64,000 bases of DNA from a virus (taxonomy: Duplodnaviria; Caudoviricetes). Positions within the stretch are counted from its first letter, which is position 1; each line of letters begins with the position of its first letter. The translations under genes were made by a program, and so were the position numbers. The stretch lies in IMG/VR virus record IMGVR_UViG_3300011727_000029, positions 1 through 64,000 of that record. One strand, given 5' to 3'. Below, in pieces: positions 1-10,347 of this stretch. Below the pieces are notes generated by a model. It was not told the DNA's origin and searched no databases. It worked only from the letters and a program-made list of their open reading frames with translations.

Positions 1-1353
1 ATGTCAACAAAACTTTTACAAGGATGTACCTACACCGATTTGTGGGTTACTCCAGAAAATTGGAAGAAAAACAACGATTTATCTTTAGATTGGAAAGTTG
101 AATGCAAATTCTATGATCCTGAATTTAAACAAAAGTACCCTGATGGTTTTCGATTTCGTCGAAGAGTTAATAAATTCAAGAACGTTAAAGAAAGGAGAGA
201 AGCAATAAAATATTTGCTTGAAGATATTCCTGTACTTTTTGAGCAAGAAGGATATAATCCTATAACAAAAGGTTTTATGATGAAGCTATACGATGCTTCT
301 CTAAATGACATCAATTCAGAAATGAAGATAATTGATGCTTTTCAAATAGCAAGAACATTAATTGCTGGATCTGAAAAACATTTAAATCAAGTTAGAATTG
401 CTGTTAATCGATTTGAGAAACAAATAAGACATCTTAAATTATCTCATCTATCAATTGGAGAACTTAACTATGCCACATTTTTCAACATTATTAATTCTTT
501 GAATTTGAAAAACAGTTACTTCAACAAGTTTAGAATGTACTTTATGAGTATTTTCAAAGTATTGATTAAAAACCAGTGCGTCAAAGAAAACTTTGCATCA
601 ATGCTTGACAAAAGAGTAGAAGTGAAGTCGATTCGAAAAACATTTGAAATTAATCAAATTTGGCAGTTGCTTGATCATCTTCAAGTGAATAACTATGAAT
701 TCTTTCGTTATACGACAATTTTCTTTTATTCAGGAACAAGATCAACTGAATTGCTTTCAATTCAAGCTAAACATGTGAGATTAGATCAACAGGAATATGA
801 TGTATTGATTAAAAAACGTGCTAATTGTTATGATTGGGAAACTAAAGTAATTCTTAAAGATGCACTTCCTTATTGGAGAGAGCTTATGATGGAAGTGAAA
901 TCAAAAGAGGATTTCATTTTTTCTAAAAAACTTCAACCGGGTAAAGAACAAATTCGATCTGCTCAAATTACTCGGCGCTGGAGTACTCATGTAAAAGATA
1001 AGCTGACTTTTCATAATGGAGTTTTATGTAAAATAGAGGATTTAAAAAAAGAAGGGATCAGAAAGTATGATTCAATTACAGAAGATTTTTATTCGTTAAA
1101 GCATAGTTTCTTGGATTACTTGGATGAAAAACAGTCAAATTCTGACGTATCTTCAGACAATGTGCTTTCGCTTGTTAATTCTCTTAATTTGGATGAAAAC
1201 ACAAAAAAGAAACTCCTTAATCAACTTTCAGGACCATCTTTTGATATTGCTAGAAATATGGCAGCGCATCGTACAAGTTCGATTACTGATAAAGTATATA
1301 AAGTAAATAAAAAGAAGCGCGAGAATGAATATTTGAAAGGCTTGAGACTATAA
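1..1353 (+). CDS. int: Tyrosine recombinase / phage integrase 1
   Basis: SGTRSTELL (R), YSLKH box, AAH and C-terminal Y (KVY). Confidence 0.9.
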   Translation: MSTKLLQGCTYTDLWVTPENWKKNNDLSLDWKVECKFYDPEFKQKYPDGFRFRRRVNKFKNVKERREAIKYLLEDIPVLFEQEGYNPITKGFMMKLYDASLNDINSEMKIIDAFQIARTLIAGSEKHLNQVRIAVNRFEKQIRHLKLSHLSIGELNYATFFNIINSLNLKNSYFNKFRMYFMSIFKVLIKNQCVKENFASMLDKRVEVKSIRKTFEINQIWQLLDHLQVNNYEFFRYTTIFFYSGTRSTELLSIQAKHVRLDQQEYDVLIKKRANCYDWETKVILKDALPYWRELMMEVKSKEDFIFSKKLQPGKEQIRSAQITRRWSTHVKDKLTFHNGVLCKIEDLKKEGIRKYDSITEDFYSLKHSFLDYLDEKQSNSDVSSDNVLSLVNSLNLDENTKKKLLNQLSGPSFDIARNMAAHRTSSITDKVYKVNKKKRENEYLKGLRL

Positions 1354-1366
1354 TTTTTTAAATGAT

Positions 1367-1396
1367 AAAAGCCTTGACGAAATCAAGGCTTTTTTT
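1367..1396. terminator. Bidirectional intrinsic terminator between convergent int1 and umuD
   Basis: AAAAGCCTTGA-CGAAA-TCAAGGCTTTTTTT. Confidence 0.85.
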
Positions 1397-1856
1397 ACAC
1401 TTTTCTTTTTTGCCTAATCAAAGATGTTACTACACCAAGAATCAAAACAGTATCTTCATCATCCAAATGAATAGCATCTTTATATTTTGGATTTAGCGGT
1501 TCGAGCTTCTTGTGTATCTGATCATATCTTTTAAAAGTGTATTCGGAATTATTAACCGAAACAATAATGTCATCATTATGTCTTGGTTCAATGTCCGAAC
1601 GAATAACCAATAAATCGCCAATCAAATAATCCGGATACATGCTGTCACCTGATACACGTGTTAAATATGTTGCTTCCGGTTTATCAAGTAAACTTTCATC
1701 TAAACTAATGGTATTTTGAACAAAGTCTGCTGCAGGTGATGGAAACCCGGCTGATACTTCACCCAAAAATTGAACATATACTTTTTCAGCATTTACATTA
1801 ATTGGCACACTTATCAATTCATCTGATAATGTTGGTGCCTTAATAAACTTTACCAT
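1395..1856 (-). CDS. umuD: UmuD-like S24 peptidase (Pol V accessory subunit)
   Basis: SAGFPSPAADF cleavage region, VSGDSM serine, FKR lysine; adjacent to umuC. Confidence 0.92.
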   Translation of the reverse strand: MVKFIKAPTLSDELISVPINVNAEKVYVQFLGEVSAGFPSPAADFVQNTISLDESLLDKPEATYLTRVSGDSMYPDYLIGDLLVIRSDIEPRHNDDIIVSVNNSEYTFKRYDQIHKKLEPLNPKYKDAIHLDDEDTVLILGVVTSLIRQKRKV

Positions 1857-1859
1857 AAC

Positions 1860-3125
1860 CTAATTTACATTTAATACATCTGAAATTCGAGTAGTATAAC
1901 AAGGTGATAATCTTTCTTGTCTCATTTTCCATTTTCTTCTAATATCTTGTGACCCCAATACCAACTTATGCTCACCATAGTATGAGTTTAATTTATCCAT
2001 TACTTGCATCAAGGCATTATGTTTTGGAGATTCTTCATTAAACATATTCATTTGTACCTGATCATCTGGAGTAATTGCCGAAACAATAACACCAGCTTTT
2101 TTATAATCTGGAACTTTACCTTCTGCCGGGACCAATTTGTCTAATAAATATAATGCAGCTTTTGAAAGAACTATATTAGAATTTGAATCATAATCTAATG
2201 TAGTACTTAATGTATTTGAAACAAAAGACTGTTTATCATCAAATCTATTTGTCATTACAAATACAGTAATGATATTACATTTTGATTTTTCTACTCGTAA
2301 TTTTTCAGCGCATGACACCGCGAACGTCGAAACTCTTTCTTTCAAATTTTCATAATCATTTATGGTCCTTTCAAAGCTTCGTGTTGTTGCAATAGATTTT
2401 TTTCGCTGAACTTCGTCTAAATGCAAAACACTTTGGCCAAGTAATTCTTTTTTAAGCCGTAGTTCGACAATTGAAAAATTACGTCTTAAATATTCATCTT
2501 GTAAACGTGTAAAATCCCATGCAGTATGACAACCAATATATGAAAGTCGTTTAGATAATCGGCGGCCAATGCCCCAAATATCTTCACATTTTAACCACTT
2601 TAATGCTTTCTCAATTTTGTCCTGGTTATCGATAAGATAAACACCATTATGATGAAGAGGAAATTTCTTTGCAATCCTATTCGCTACTTTTGCCAAAGCT
2701 TTAGTAGGTCCTATTCCAATGCAAACGGGTATTTTAGTAATTTGAAATATTTCTTGTTTGATTTTCTGAGCATATTCAACAAGGTTATATTTTTCAAATC
2801 CTTTAAATAATAGAAAAGATTCATCGATAGAATAAATCTCAATATCCGGACAATACTTTTTAATAACGGTAGTTACTCGATTGCTCATATCGGCATAAAG
2901 AGCGTAATTTGAAGAAAAGACTTTCACTCCTTTTAATCGAAAAATATTCTCATATTCAAAAGCAGGAGCGCCCATTGGAATACCTAAATCTTTTGCTTCG
3001 TTAGATCGCGCAATAACACAACCGTCATTGTTAGATAAAACAACAACCGGCTTTCCATTTAGTGTCGGATTAAACACTCTCTCACAACTTGCGTAAAAAT
3101 TATTACAATCAATCAATGCGTACAT
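1860..3125 (-). CDS. umuC: UmuC-like Y-family DNA polymerase
   Basis: [22 protein letters not shown]-terminal [14 protein letters not shown]; ATG at 3125 preferred over upstream TTG. Confidence 0.95.
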   Translation of the reverse strand: MYALIDCNNFYASCERVFNPTLNGKPVVVLSNNDGCVIARSNEAKDLGIPMGAPAFEYENIFRLKGVKVFSSNYALYADMSNRVTTVIKKYCPDIEIYSIDESFLLFKGFEKYNLVEYAQKIKQEIFQITKIPVCIGIGPTKALAKVANRIAKKFPLHHNGVYLIDNQDKIEKALKWLKCEDIWGIGRRLSKRLSYIGCHTAWDFTRLQDEYLRRNFSIVELRLKKELLGQSVLHLDEVQRKKSIATTRSFERTINDYENLKERVSTFAVSCAEKLRVEKSKCNIITVFVMTNRFDDKQSFVSNTLSTTLDYDSNSNIVLSKAALYLLDKLVPAEGKVPDYKKAGVIVSAITPDDQVQMNMFNEESPKHNALMQVMDKLNSYYGEHKLVLGSQDIRRKWKMRQERLSPCYTTRISDVLNVN

Positions 3126-3182
3126 AATATGCAAAGTTGAGCAAATAAAACGCTACAAGGTGTCGCGGAAATGTGTTAAAGT

Positions 3183-3767
3183 TTATCCAAATAATGAAAC
3201 TTGTCCATCTTCACGATGATAAGAGAAGTCTGTAAATGGTTTTACGGGTTTACAGTTTAACCAATTCATCAAATTTTCACCATCATTTAAGACTACCGGC
3301 ATGCGATGTTTAGTGTTATGGATGAAATCCATTATTCCAACAGCTTCAGTAGTAACTATTGTAAAAGTATCATCAGAATACAATCCGGCCAAACAAAATA
3401 GATTGTTATTTATTCCAATGTCATATTTAATTTTATCACGGCCTTCATGTCGCCATTCATAAAATCCATCAACTAAAATTGCGCATCTGTTTTGAAATGA
3501 ATCTCTGAAAGATGGCTTTTCTTCCAATGTTTCTATTCTTGCGTTCAAAGTGTTATTTGAATTGAAATCGTTGCCAGCCCAATGCGGAACTAGGCCCCAT
3601 TCGAAAAGATGTATAAAATCTTGTTGATTAGTGATTACTGGAAGTTTTGGATGATCGAAACCTTTATAATGTGGATTAGGCGTAAAAGTAACTTCCGGTT
3701 TAAATTTTAACCTTGATTTCTTTTCGATCTGTTCTTTTGCCTTTGTTACTTTTACATGGAAACACAT
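3183..3767 (-). CDS. SOS response-associated peptidase (SRAP)
   Basis: N-terminal MC, WGLVPHW, NARIETLEEKPSF, DGFYEW, HRMPVVL. Confidence 0.92.
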   Translation of the reverse strand: MCFHVKVTKAKEQIEKKSRLKFKPEVTFTPNPHYKGFDHPKLPVITNQQDFIHLFEWGLVPHWAGNDFNSNNTLNARIETLEEKPSFRDSFQNRCAILVDGFYEWRHEGRDKIKYDIGINNNLFCLAGLYSDDTFTIVTTEAVGIMDFIHNTKHRMPVVLNDGENLMNWLNCKPVKPFTDFSYHREDGQVSLFG

Positions 3768-3770
3768 AAA

Positions 3771-4190
3771 TTATAGATTTAAGATTAGTTTATTTACTTC
3801 AAATTTTACAAAGTCAATCGCTTCAGAATTCTCAGTTATTCCCAAAGGGCAATACTCTATATTTCTTTTATTAAACCTTTCAATCTCGGAAGTAATAAAT
3901 AATTTATCTCTTTCATCTTGCCTCCAATTTATCCATGACTTCCATTCGTTAACCTCATTTTTGAATGGATTATGGACCATAAATAATAGATCCGGAATAG
4001 TTGACATGAAATAATCTGCTAATTCTGACTTTTCATAAGAATCAAATATTTCATCCGCATAATAAAGGACAATATCAGTACCAAATCTTTGATTAAAATC
4101 TGTCAAATTTAGAGAAACAACTTTAATGTTTATTTCTTCCTCAAAGTCATATTTAACCGAATCCTGAGTAATAATATTTGACAAATCCAT
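3771..4190 (-). CDS. Hypothetical protein
   Basis: 139-aa ORF directly upstream of and co-oriented with SRAP. Confidence 0.7.
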   Translation of the reverse strand: MDLSNIITQDSVKYDFEEEINIKVVSLNLTDFNQRFGTDIVLYYADEIFDSYEKSELADYFMSTIPDLLFMVHNPFKNEVNEWKSWINWRQDERDKLFITSEIERFNKRNIEYCPLGITENSEAIDFVKFEVNKLILNL

Positions 4191-4270
4191 TTTAAACGTT
4201 TAAAACCGAGTTATAATTTTAAGCATCGTAAATTTATAACATCTTTTTTTAAGAAGGTAATTTAAGGTAT

Positions 4271-4307
4271 AAAAGCACAGAAGGTATTTGTTCGTTCTGT
4301 GCTTTTT
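4271..4307. terminator. Hairpin with A/T tails, likely intrinsic terminator
   Basis: AAAAGCACAGAA-loop-TTCTGTGCTTTTT. Confidence 0.7.
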
Positions 4308-4400
4308 GAATTTATATTACAAAATGTTATGTATATGTTATAATTGGTAATAAAACAGAAAGTCTAATAATAATAGTGTATCTTTTACAAAAAATAATTT

Positions 4401-4700
4401 ATGACAACTGGAAGAATTAATGAAGAACTAGATAATTTAATATATTATATTGATAAATATCAAAAGGCTAAAATGGATTTAAATAAAGCAACAAGTAAAC
4501 CCAAAATAGATGATGCTAATTATGCTATAGAACTTAATTTATTAGCAATTGAAGGAATTTTTAATTTAAATCATGAATTAAAAGAAATTGTATTGTCTAA
4601 AGAGCTAAATAAAAAAGAATGTATAGAAGGTTCTTTTTTGTCTCTAAATTTTATAGCTGATGTAAGAAGTTACATTCAAAAAGTAGAAAATTACGCTTAA
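4401..4700 (+). CDS. Hypothetical protein (cargo)
   Basis: 99-aa ORF with ATG in an otherwise empty interval. Confidence 0.65.
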   Translation: MTTGRINEELDNLIYYIDKYQKAKMDLNKATSKPKIDDANYAIELNLLAIEGIFNLNHELKEIVLSKELNKKECIEGSFLSLNFIADVRSYIQKVENYA

Positions 4701-4769
4701 TATATTTTTCACAAATTACACTTATTTTAGAAGCCATTTAAAGATTATTTAAATGGCTTTTATATTTGA

Positions 4770-5585
4770 TTATTTATTTTTAGATTTATTTTCAATATTC
4801 ATATTCTTGTATCCTTTCTTAATATCCTTCTTAATTTCAGGGAGCTTTTTTTCTTGTTCTAATGATTCAGGTGTTTTGCCCATGTTTTTAATAATAATAT
4901 TTCTCACTTCAGTTCCTACACTTTTATGTGCTTGCTCTAATTTAGCTTGTCCTGAAATATTATTATTTTTAATTTTTTCTTCTGTTTGAGTTATCCTAAA
5001 CAAATTGGCTGCTAATTCAGTACGGCTCATGGTGTCCATTATTTTTGCCTTATCAACACCTCTTTTCTTGGCAAGTTGCCAAGAAGCCATATTATACATT
5101 CCAATATAACCAGCATTCTGAAATTTAGCAAAATCATTAACTCCCGCATTTTTAGCTGTTGAAGCTAAAGACTTATTACCTTCAGTAATTTCGTCTCTAT
5201 AATGTATTCTATCAAGTTCATTTGTTCCTGCAATATATAATTCGAATTTTCTTGTTTGAGTAGCAAAATAAGCTTGAGCAAAAGCAACTTCTTGCTTTTT
5301 AGCATCTGCATTCATTACTAATAAATAACATGCAAAGCGAGTTAATTTAAAATCATGATTTAACTCTCCGTCAATATCTCTCATTTGTTGCATTATATTT
5401 TCATAATGAGGTATATTTAAGGAAACAAAGGCTTTAGTTGTTCTCTGTATTACTTTTTCAAATGAATTCATATTGGAATATCCTAGCATCTTCATAATAT
5501 CCGAAGCCCACCAAAAAATTATCCCATTTTCATTTTTAAAATCTTCAAAAGATAAAGGCGTATTAAAATCTGATTCATTACTCAT
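4770..5585 (-). CDS. dinD: DinD-family DNA damage-inducible protein (BRO-like N-terminus)
   Basis: WWASDIMKMLGY, LTRFACYLLVMNAD, AQAYFATQTRKFE, MSRTELAANLFRITQTEEKI; start moved to ATG 5585 because a promoter overlaps the ORF-track start. Confidence 0.85.
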   Translation of the reverse strand: MSNESDFNTPLSFEDFKNENGIIFWWASDIMKMLGYSNMNSFEKVIQRTTKAFVSLNIPHYENIMQQMRDIDGELNHDFKLTRFACYLLVMNADAKKQEVAFAQAYFATQTRKFELYIAGTNELDRIHYRDEITEGNKSLASTAKNAGVNDFAKFQNAGYIGMYNMASWQLAKKRGVDKAKIMDTMSRTELAANLFRITQTEEKIKNNNISGQAKLEQAHKSVGTEVRNIIIKNMGKTPESLEQEKKLPEIKKDIKKGYKNMNIENKSKNK

Positions 5586-5611
5586 TTTATTCAAATTATT
5601 ATATGATTTCA

Positions 5612-5619
5612 CAAAGATA
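5612..5619 (-). promoter_or_regulatory. Bacteroidota -7 promoter element for dinD
   Basis: TATCTTTG on minus strand matches TAnnTTTG. Confidence 0.6.
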
Positions 5620-5666
5620 TATAATCCTTTTCAGTTTACATTTCTAATAAATTAGAAACTAAAAGT

Positions 5667-6218
5667 TTATTTTTTAATTTGCTTAACACCTACATATAAA
5701 GCCGTTCCAACGACGAGAACGGAACCAATTACAAAGTAAATCCAAATACTTACATCGCTTTTTTCTTTCTCTGTTTCAGCTTTAAAACTATAAACTAATT
5801 GTTGACCACGTTCTTTTTTATATTGCTCTACACGAGCGTCAATAATAGAATCAAATATATTTGCAACATCATTCCGAGTTAAAGACTTTGTTTGCTCTGA
5901 ATTTTCATTATAATTCGCCTTTCCTTTGCCACTTACATTTAACTCTGTGCCTTTATTGGTTCGATTTAGAACGACTTTCAAATCATCGCCCTGTTCTCCA
6001 TTATATTCAACATTTAGTGCTTTTAAAATGCTTTCAAATTCGTTAAAACTTTGGCTTGTTTCAATTTTTGAAACTTTCGAGTTTATTTGAAAAACCGAGT
6101 CATTTTTAATTACATTTTCAGTAATATTATTCACTTTCTCAACTTCTTTCGTTTTTCGCTTCGTTGCACAGGCAAAAAGTAAAAACACTACACTAAGAAA
6201 AATACAAAGCTGCTTCAT
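5667..6218 (-). CDS. Unimolecular spanin-like lipoprotein
   Basis: Lipobox LFAC at N-terminus and hydrophobic TM at C-terminus; last gene of the lysis cassette. Confidence 0.7.
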   Translation of the reverse strand: MKQLCIFLSVVFLLFACATKRKTKEVEKVNNITENVIKNDSVFQINSKVSKIETSQSFNEFESILKALNVEYNGEQGDDLKVVLNRTNKGTELNVSGKGKANYNENSEQTKSLTRNDVANIFDSIIDARVEQYKKERGQQLVYSFKAETEKEKSDVSIWIYFVIGSVLVVGTALYVGVKQIKK

Positions 6219-6639
6219 CTTTTCTTCTAATTGTTAAACCTCGTAATACTTTACCTCCAGCACGATTCCATTTTACAAATTCATCTGCAATAGATTTATC
6301 GTTTGGGTTTTTATTAACCTTTTTCAACAATGTTGATTTTCCTAAATTGGTTGCCCCGAGATTGTAAGTAAAAGACACTAACGCATCAAACTGATTTTGT
6401 GAGATTGGTTTTCTTACCAATAAAGCCACTTGGTTCTCATACACTTTCAACATCTGAACTAACAAATCAGATGCTTCTTTTTCTGTTATTGGTTTATCCT
6501 TCATGGTTACTTTTACCTTGTTTGGATAGTACGTTGCACCATAGCCAATCGTTGGAATGCCAATAGGATCTAAATATGGTTTTGAGTAAAACCCTTCATA
6601 TTTTTTAATCAAGGCTAAGCCTTTGTTTGATGTTTTCAT
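6193..6639 (-). CDS. Endolysin, GH24 phage lysozyme
   Basis: IKKYEGFYSKPYLDPIGIPTIGYG, QFDALVSFTYNLG, GLTIRR. Confidence 0.95.
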   Translation of the reverse strand: MKTSNKGLALIKKYEGFYSKPYLDPIGIPTIGYGATYYPNKVKVTMKDKPITEKEASDLLVQMLKVYENQVALLVRKPISQNQFDALVSFTYNLGATNLGKSTLLKKVNKNPNDKSIADEFVKWNRAGGKVLRGLTIRRKDEAALYFS

Positions 6640-7199
6640 TATTCTTCTTTTTTAAGTATTGTTAGAAATTCTTTAATATTCCCGTCGCGCTCGTAGTTGT
6701 AAAGCTTTTCAATTAAAAACTCTGGAGGAAATTTTCCATTAGTCAAAATGAAACTGTTACGCATTATTTTGGCAATTGGAAATAATAAGGTTAAGATTTG
6801 AACTGAACTTGAAAAACCTACTGAAAGCAATCCATCAGGTATTGAGTTATTCATTTGATCAAGTGAAAAATATACCCCAAACACAACTACAACAGTAATG
6901 AGTGTAGATTTTGCAAACTCACCTACATCCAATGTTTTTAACTTTCGATGAGTTAAAACCCCTATGCAGGCATTGACTGCCATGATTCCATATAATCCAT
7001 ACAAGAATGCTTCATGTTCATTATGCCAGTTAAAAGCTGAGTTTATCAAAAATGCTATTGGTGCAAGTTTGAAAAAGCTTTCAATAAAAAAGAAGACTCG
7101 TTCTTTTTCAGTCAGTTTTATTTTTGTGGTAAAAAGCAATATAACTGGCGTAAAGAAAAGAGTAAAATATATAAGTGTTTTATTTTTCATACTCTTCAT
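6639..7199 (-). CDS. Holin-like multi-TM protein
   Basis: Several hydrophobic segments, charged C-terminus, immediately upstream of lysozyme. Confidence 0.7.
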   Translation of the reverse strand: MKSMKNKTLIYFTLFFTPVILLFTTKIKLTEKERVFFFIESFFKLAPIAFLINSAFNWHNEHEAFLYGLYGIMAVNACIGVLTHRKLKTLDVGEFAKSTLITVVVVFGVYFSLDQMNNSIPDGLLSVGFSSSVQILTLLFPIAKIMRNSFILTNGKFPPEFLIEKLYNYERDGNIKEFLTILKKEE

Positions 7200-9263
7200 T
7201 TATTTAAGTTTAGAAGCAACGTATTTTCCCCAAATCTCATTTCCTAAAACATTAAAATGAGTACCATCATAAGTATAGATGTTTCTCTGTTTTAGAGCCA
7301 AGCCACTTTGATGCGTACCATCGATAAAGTTTATTGAATAATAGTTTGCAATTTCTTTCATTCTATTAGATATGTCATTTGAGTTTGACGCTATGGTAAA
7401 TGGCGGCGATACCAAATTGATTACAAACTTTGGATTTTTCCATTTTATCCACTCGATAACAAGCGCAACGTTACCGTAATAAGTATTTGGAAAACTATTA
7501 AAATAAGCTAATTCATTACCAGGATAATCTAGCACTGTCCCTGTTGGAATATCAGCTAGACTCCCAAAACCGATGGCTGCGTCTGAATTAGTACCAATCA
7601 TAAAAATACCACCTTCAAACTTAGTATAATCAGGTGCAATTCTAGAGCTTACATCTATATCGCTTCTGTCCTTAATATCTGTTAGAATTCCAACAAATCG
7701 ACCACTTCGTGAACCACTTGAACCAACATTAGTAATATTAGTTCCTAAAATTTCAGCTAAATACTTGACATAACCACCCTCAGTACCTTGTGTTATTGAA
7801 TCTCCTGCAGTTAAAAAATTCTTACCAAAATACCTGTTAGGTAAACTATTTGATTGATTAATACTTAAGTCGTTAATTGATGATAATATTTCATAAGGAA
7901 CAAAACTTGTTACAACATCTCCTTTTTCAATTTGAAAAGTGTTAATGTCTGCAATCTCTCCCGCTGTATTCGTCCCACTTTTAAAATAAATATTGTAATA
8001 AAATTTACAATCTTCATTAATTGTTAATATTCGACCATCACCGCTCTTAGGTAAATCATTAACTCTACCATGACTTAGTAATAATCCGTTTACATCTTCA
8101 ATTCTATAATAACTATTCCCTAATGATGTGACTTGATTAATAGCATATTTTGTACTCGCATTTCCTTCGTCATGATCTAATTTTAAAACAGCGACTTTAG
8201 ATATTACTGTCGATGGATTAACTATTAAATTACCAGAAGGATTTACATAATGCGTCGTTATAAAATCAGTATTTTTATTAAATATATTTCTTGTCCTTGA
8301 AACTCCAACATCAACTCCAACTATTCTTTTAAAATAAGTAACATCTGTAGGTAGTTGAACTCCGGTTGTCGTTTTAATCACTTCATAAATACTATTATTA
8401 TAATATACTTGAAGTTCTTTCTTATAAATATTACCTAAATTAAATTTTATAAATTGACGAACATTCCCGCCTAAAATATAAATTATTTTATCGTTGTTAA
8501 TTAATTCAGCTGGAACTGAATTAAATACAACAAAAATAATATCTTCATTTTGATTATAATTTGGACTTGAGCTATGGTAAATATTAAGATATAACTTAGT
8601 GTTTTCAGTTGTTGTTGTTATTTCTCTATATCCATTATTTAAAGTTAAAGTGTTGAGATTTCCACCTTGAATCTTATTACCCAACGCATCTTCTAATCTA
8701 TAATTTGAAAAATAATTTATATTTTCTTTAAAATTCCCGATTATATATTTACCAATTTTTTTTAGTTCAGAAATTGAAACTTTTGCGCCTGTAAGTGGAG
8801 TTGTTTTGTTTCCCTCATTAGTAATTAAATAATCATTTTGCTGGATTGATACTAAATTATTTTTATCTATTTTCCCAGTTACAATGTTATCAACTTTATT
8901 TTCTGTCGCTGTCATTCTATCTAATAATGCAGTATCATTATATTGAGGCATTTCAACACTCTGAATAGTAAATGAACCACCATTTTTAAAAATAAATCCA
9001 AAATTATTTTCAGGCAAAACAACGTTACCAAAGTTGGTGTACGTTCCGGGAATAGTTGCTAAATACACTTTATCACCTTCAACTGGAATAGCTGATGTGG
9101 GAGTAATCGGATCTGTATAAATACCTGCTCCTGAAGCTGTGATTATTGGTGCAAACCCGTTAATAATTTTAAATAAAGATTCACGAATTAACTCTGCGCT
9201 ATTATGATCTTCTACATTTGAAAGGATATTTTGTAAAATCCAATTTTTCTCGTTCTCTAACAT
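7200..9263 (-). CDS. Tail fibre/spike with C-terminal SGNH/GDSL hydrolase domain
   Basis: N-terminal YLATIPGTYTNFG anchor motif; GDSIT, GTN and DGTH SGNH blocks. Confidence 0.8.
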   Translation of the reverse strand: MLENEKNWILQNILSNVEDHNSAELIRESLFKIINGFAPIITASGAGIYTDPITPTSAIPVEGDKVYLATIPGTYTNFGNVVLPENNFGFIFKNGGSFTIQSVEMPQYNDTALLDRMTATENKVDNIVTGKIDKNNLVSIQQNDYLITNEGNKTTPLTGAKVSISELKKIGKYIIGNFKENINYFSNYRLEDALGNKIQGGNLNTLTLNNGYREITTTTENTKLYLNIYHSSSPNYNQNEDIIFVVFNSVPAELINNDKIIYILGGNVRQFIKFNLGNIYKKELQVYYNNSIYEVIKTTTGVQLPTDVTYFKRIVGVDVGVSRTRNIFNKNTDFITTHYVNPSGNLIVNPSTVISKVAVLKLDHDEGNASTKYAINQVTSLGNSYYRIEDVNGLLLSHGRVNDLPKSGDGRILTINEDCKFYYNIYFKSGTNTAGEIADINTFQIEKGDVVTSFVPYEILSSINDLSINQSNSLPNRYFGKNFLTAGDSITQGTEGGYVKYLAEILGTNITNVGSSGSRSGRFVGILTDIKDRSDIDVSSRIAPDYTKFEGGIFMIGTNSDAAIGFGSLADIPTGTVLDYPGNELAYFNSFPNTYYGNVALVIEWIKWKNPKFVINLVSPPFTIASNSNDISNRMKEIANYYSINFIDGTHQSGLALKQRNIYTYDGTHFNVLGNEIWGKYVASKLK

Positions 9264-9838
9264 TACGTAAATTCTTTTGTAAATTCATGTGTAAACTCAC
9301 TAATTGGTAAATGTGTATTTATCCAATTTTCGTTAATATTCAAAAGTTTTATTCCGGTTGATTCCTCCTCATTATCTGGAGTAGAGATATTAATTGTTGT
9401 TGTAGCCTCGTTGTCGTGCGTGCTGTAGTCGTCGGTATTAATTATCATTCCTGAGTGGAATCCAAGTAATTCAAATGAATTATCAAATCGTTGAATAATG
9501 ACACAAATACGCCCATCGTTAACCAATTCTTGAATTCTTTCACGTTCAGATGGTCCACGGTGTAATAAAATCAACACATCAAAGTGTCGATAATAATTCG
9601 CTGCATCATTTGGCACAAGATTGTGATTTGATGAAGCTTTTTTCGTCGCATAAACCGGGTATATTTTAGTTCCTTCTTTCAATACTAATTCATCTACACA
9701 CGTCAATTTGTGTGATAATTTTGAAATAATTTTATCAATATCATCAAAGTTGAAATACCATTTTCTTAGTACTCCAACTTTCGTTTTTGAACCGCATTTT
9801 TTACGGAAACCAATTGTAAATTTTGATTGATCTATCAT
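9263..9838 (-). CDS. Structural protein, paralogue of 12143..12721
   Basis: Shared FRKKCG, LVLKxGxKxYP, ERxQELV, GFxSGMxI, DDY motifs; ends EFTHEFTKEFT. Confidence 0.7.
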   Translation of the reverse strand: MIDQSKFTIGFRKKCGSKTKVGVLRKWYFNFDDIDKIISKLSHKLTCVDELVLKEGTKIYPVYATKKASSNHNLVPNDAANYYRHFDVLILLHRGPSERERIQELVNDGRICVIIQRFDNSFELLGFHSGMIINTDDYSTHDNEATTTINISTPDNEEESTGIKLLNINENWINTHLPISEFTHEFTKEFT

Positions 9839-10347
9839 TTTATTACACTTGATTTATAAGATTTGACAGTTCTACATTTTGAATGACAGTTCCATGAAGG
9901 ATAATCTTGAATATTTAATTCAATATATTTCTTAACATCTTCAAGAAATGTATTTGCGTCCTTTCTATTTGAATAGTAATAGTTCTTTCTTTGCGCAAAA
10001 TCAGCTTCATTTGAAAAATCAGTTTTCTTAGTTACAAATCCATGAGTTGTACTAACAATATTAGATTTTAGAATCATTCTCGCATAAGTGAAGTAAGCAA
10101 TCACTCTTTCAATTCCTTCAAAAAATCTTAATTGACCATTATGGTCAAACTCTCCACCTTCAATAACCTTTTTGTACTTTTCTTCAGTTGACTTTGTAAT
10201 TAAATCAAAATAGAAATCTTCGCACAAAAGCGGTTTTAAATCTAACTCTTGAGCTTCTTGAATGTATTTCTCAATATCTTTCTCAGATACGCCTTGACCT
10301 ATCTGAAAGTATTTCGATAGCACTTGTTTATTAATTAGTAACTTCAT
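9835..10347 (-). CDS. Probable head-tail adaptor
   Basis: YIQEAQELDLKPLL motif; follows portal. Confidence 0.55.
   Translation of the reverse strand: MKLLINKQVLSKYFQIGQGVSEKDIEKYIQEAQELDLKPLLCEDFYFDLITKSTEEKYKKVIEGGEFDHNGQLRFFEGIERVIAYFTYARMILKSNIVSTTHGFVTKKTDFSNEADFAQRKNYYYSNRKDANTFLEDVKKYIELNIQDYPSWNCHSKCRTVKSYKSSVIK

Noticed and set aside
3135-5666. Bacteroidetes LexA box (GGA-N5-TCC) upstream of umu/dinD
   Set aside because: No match found by eye in these intergenic regions
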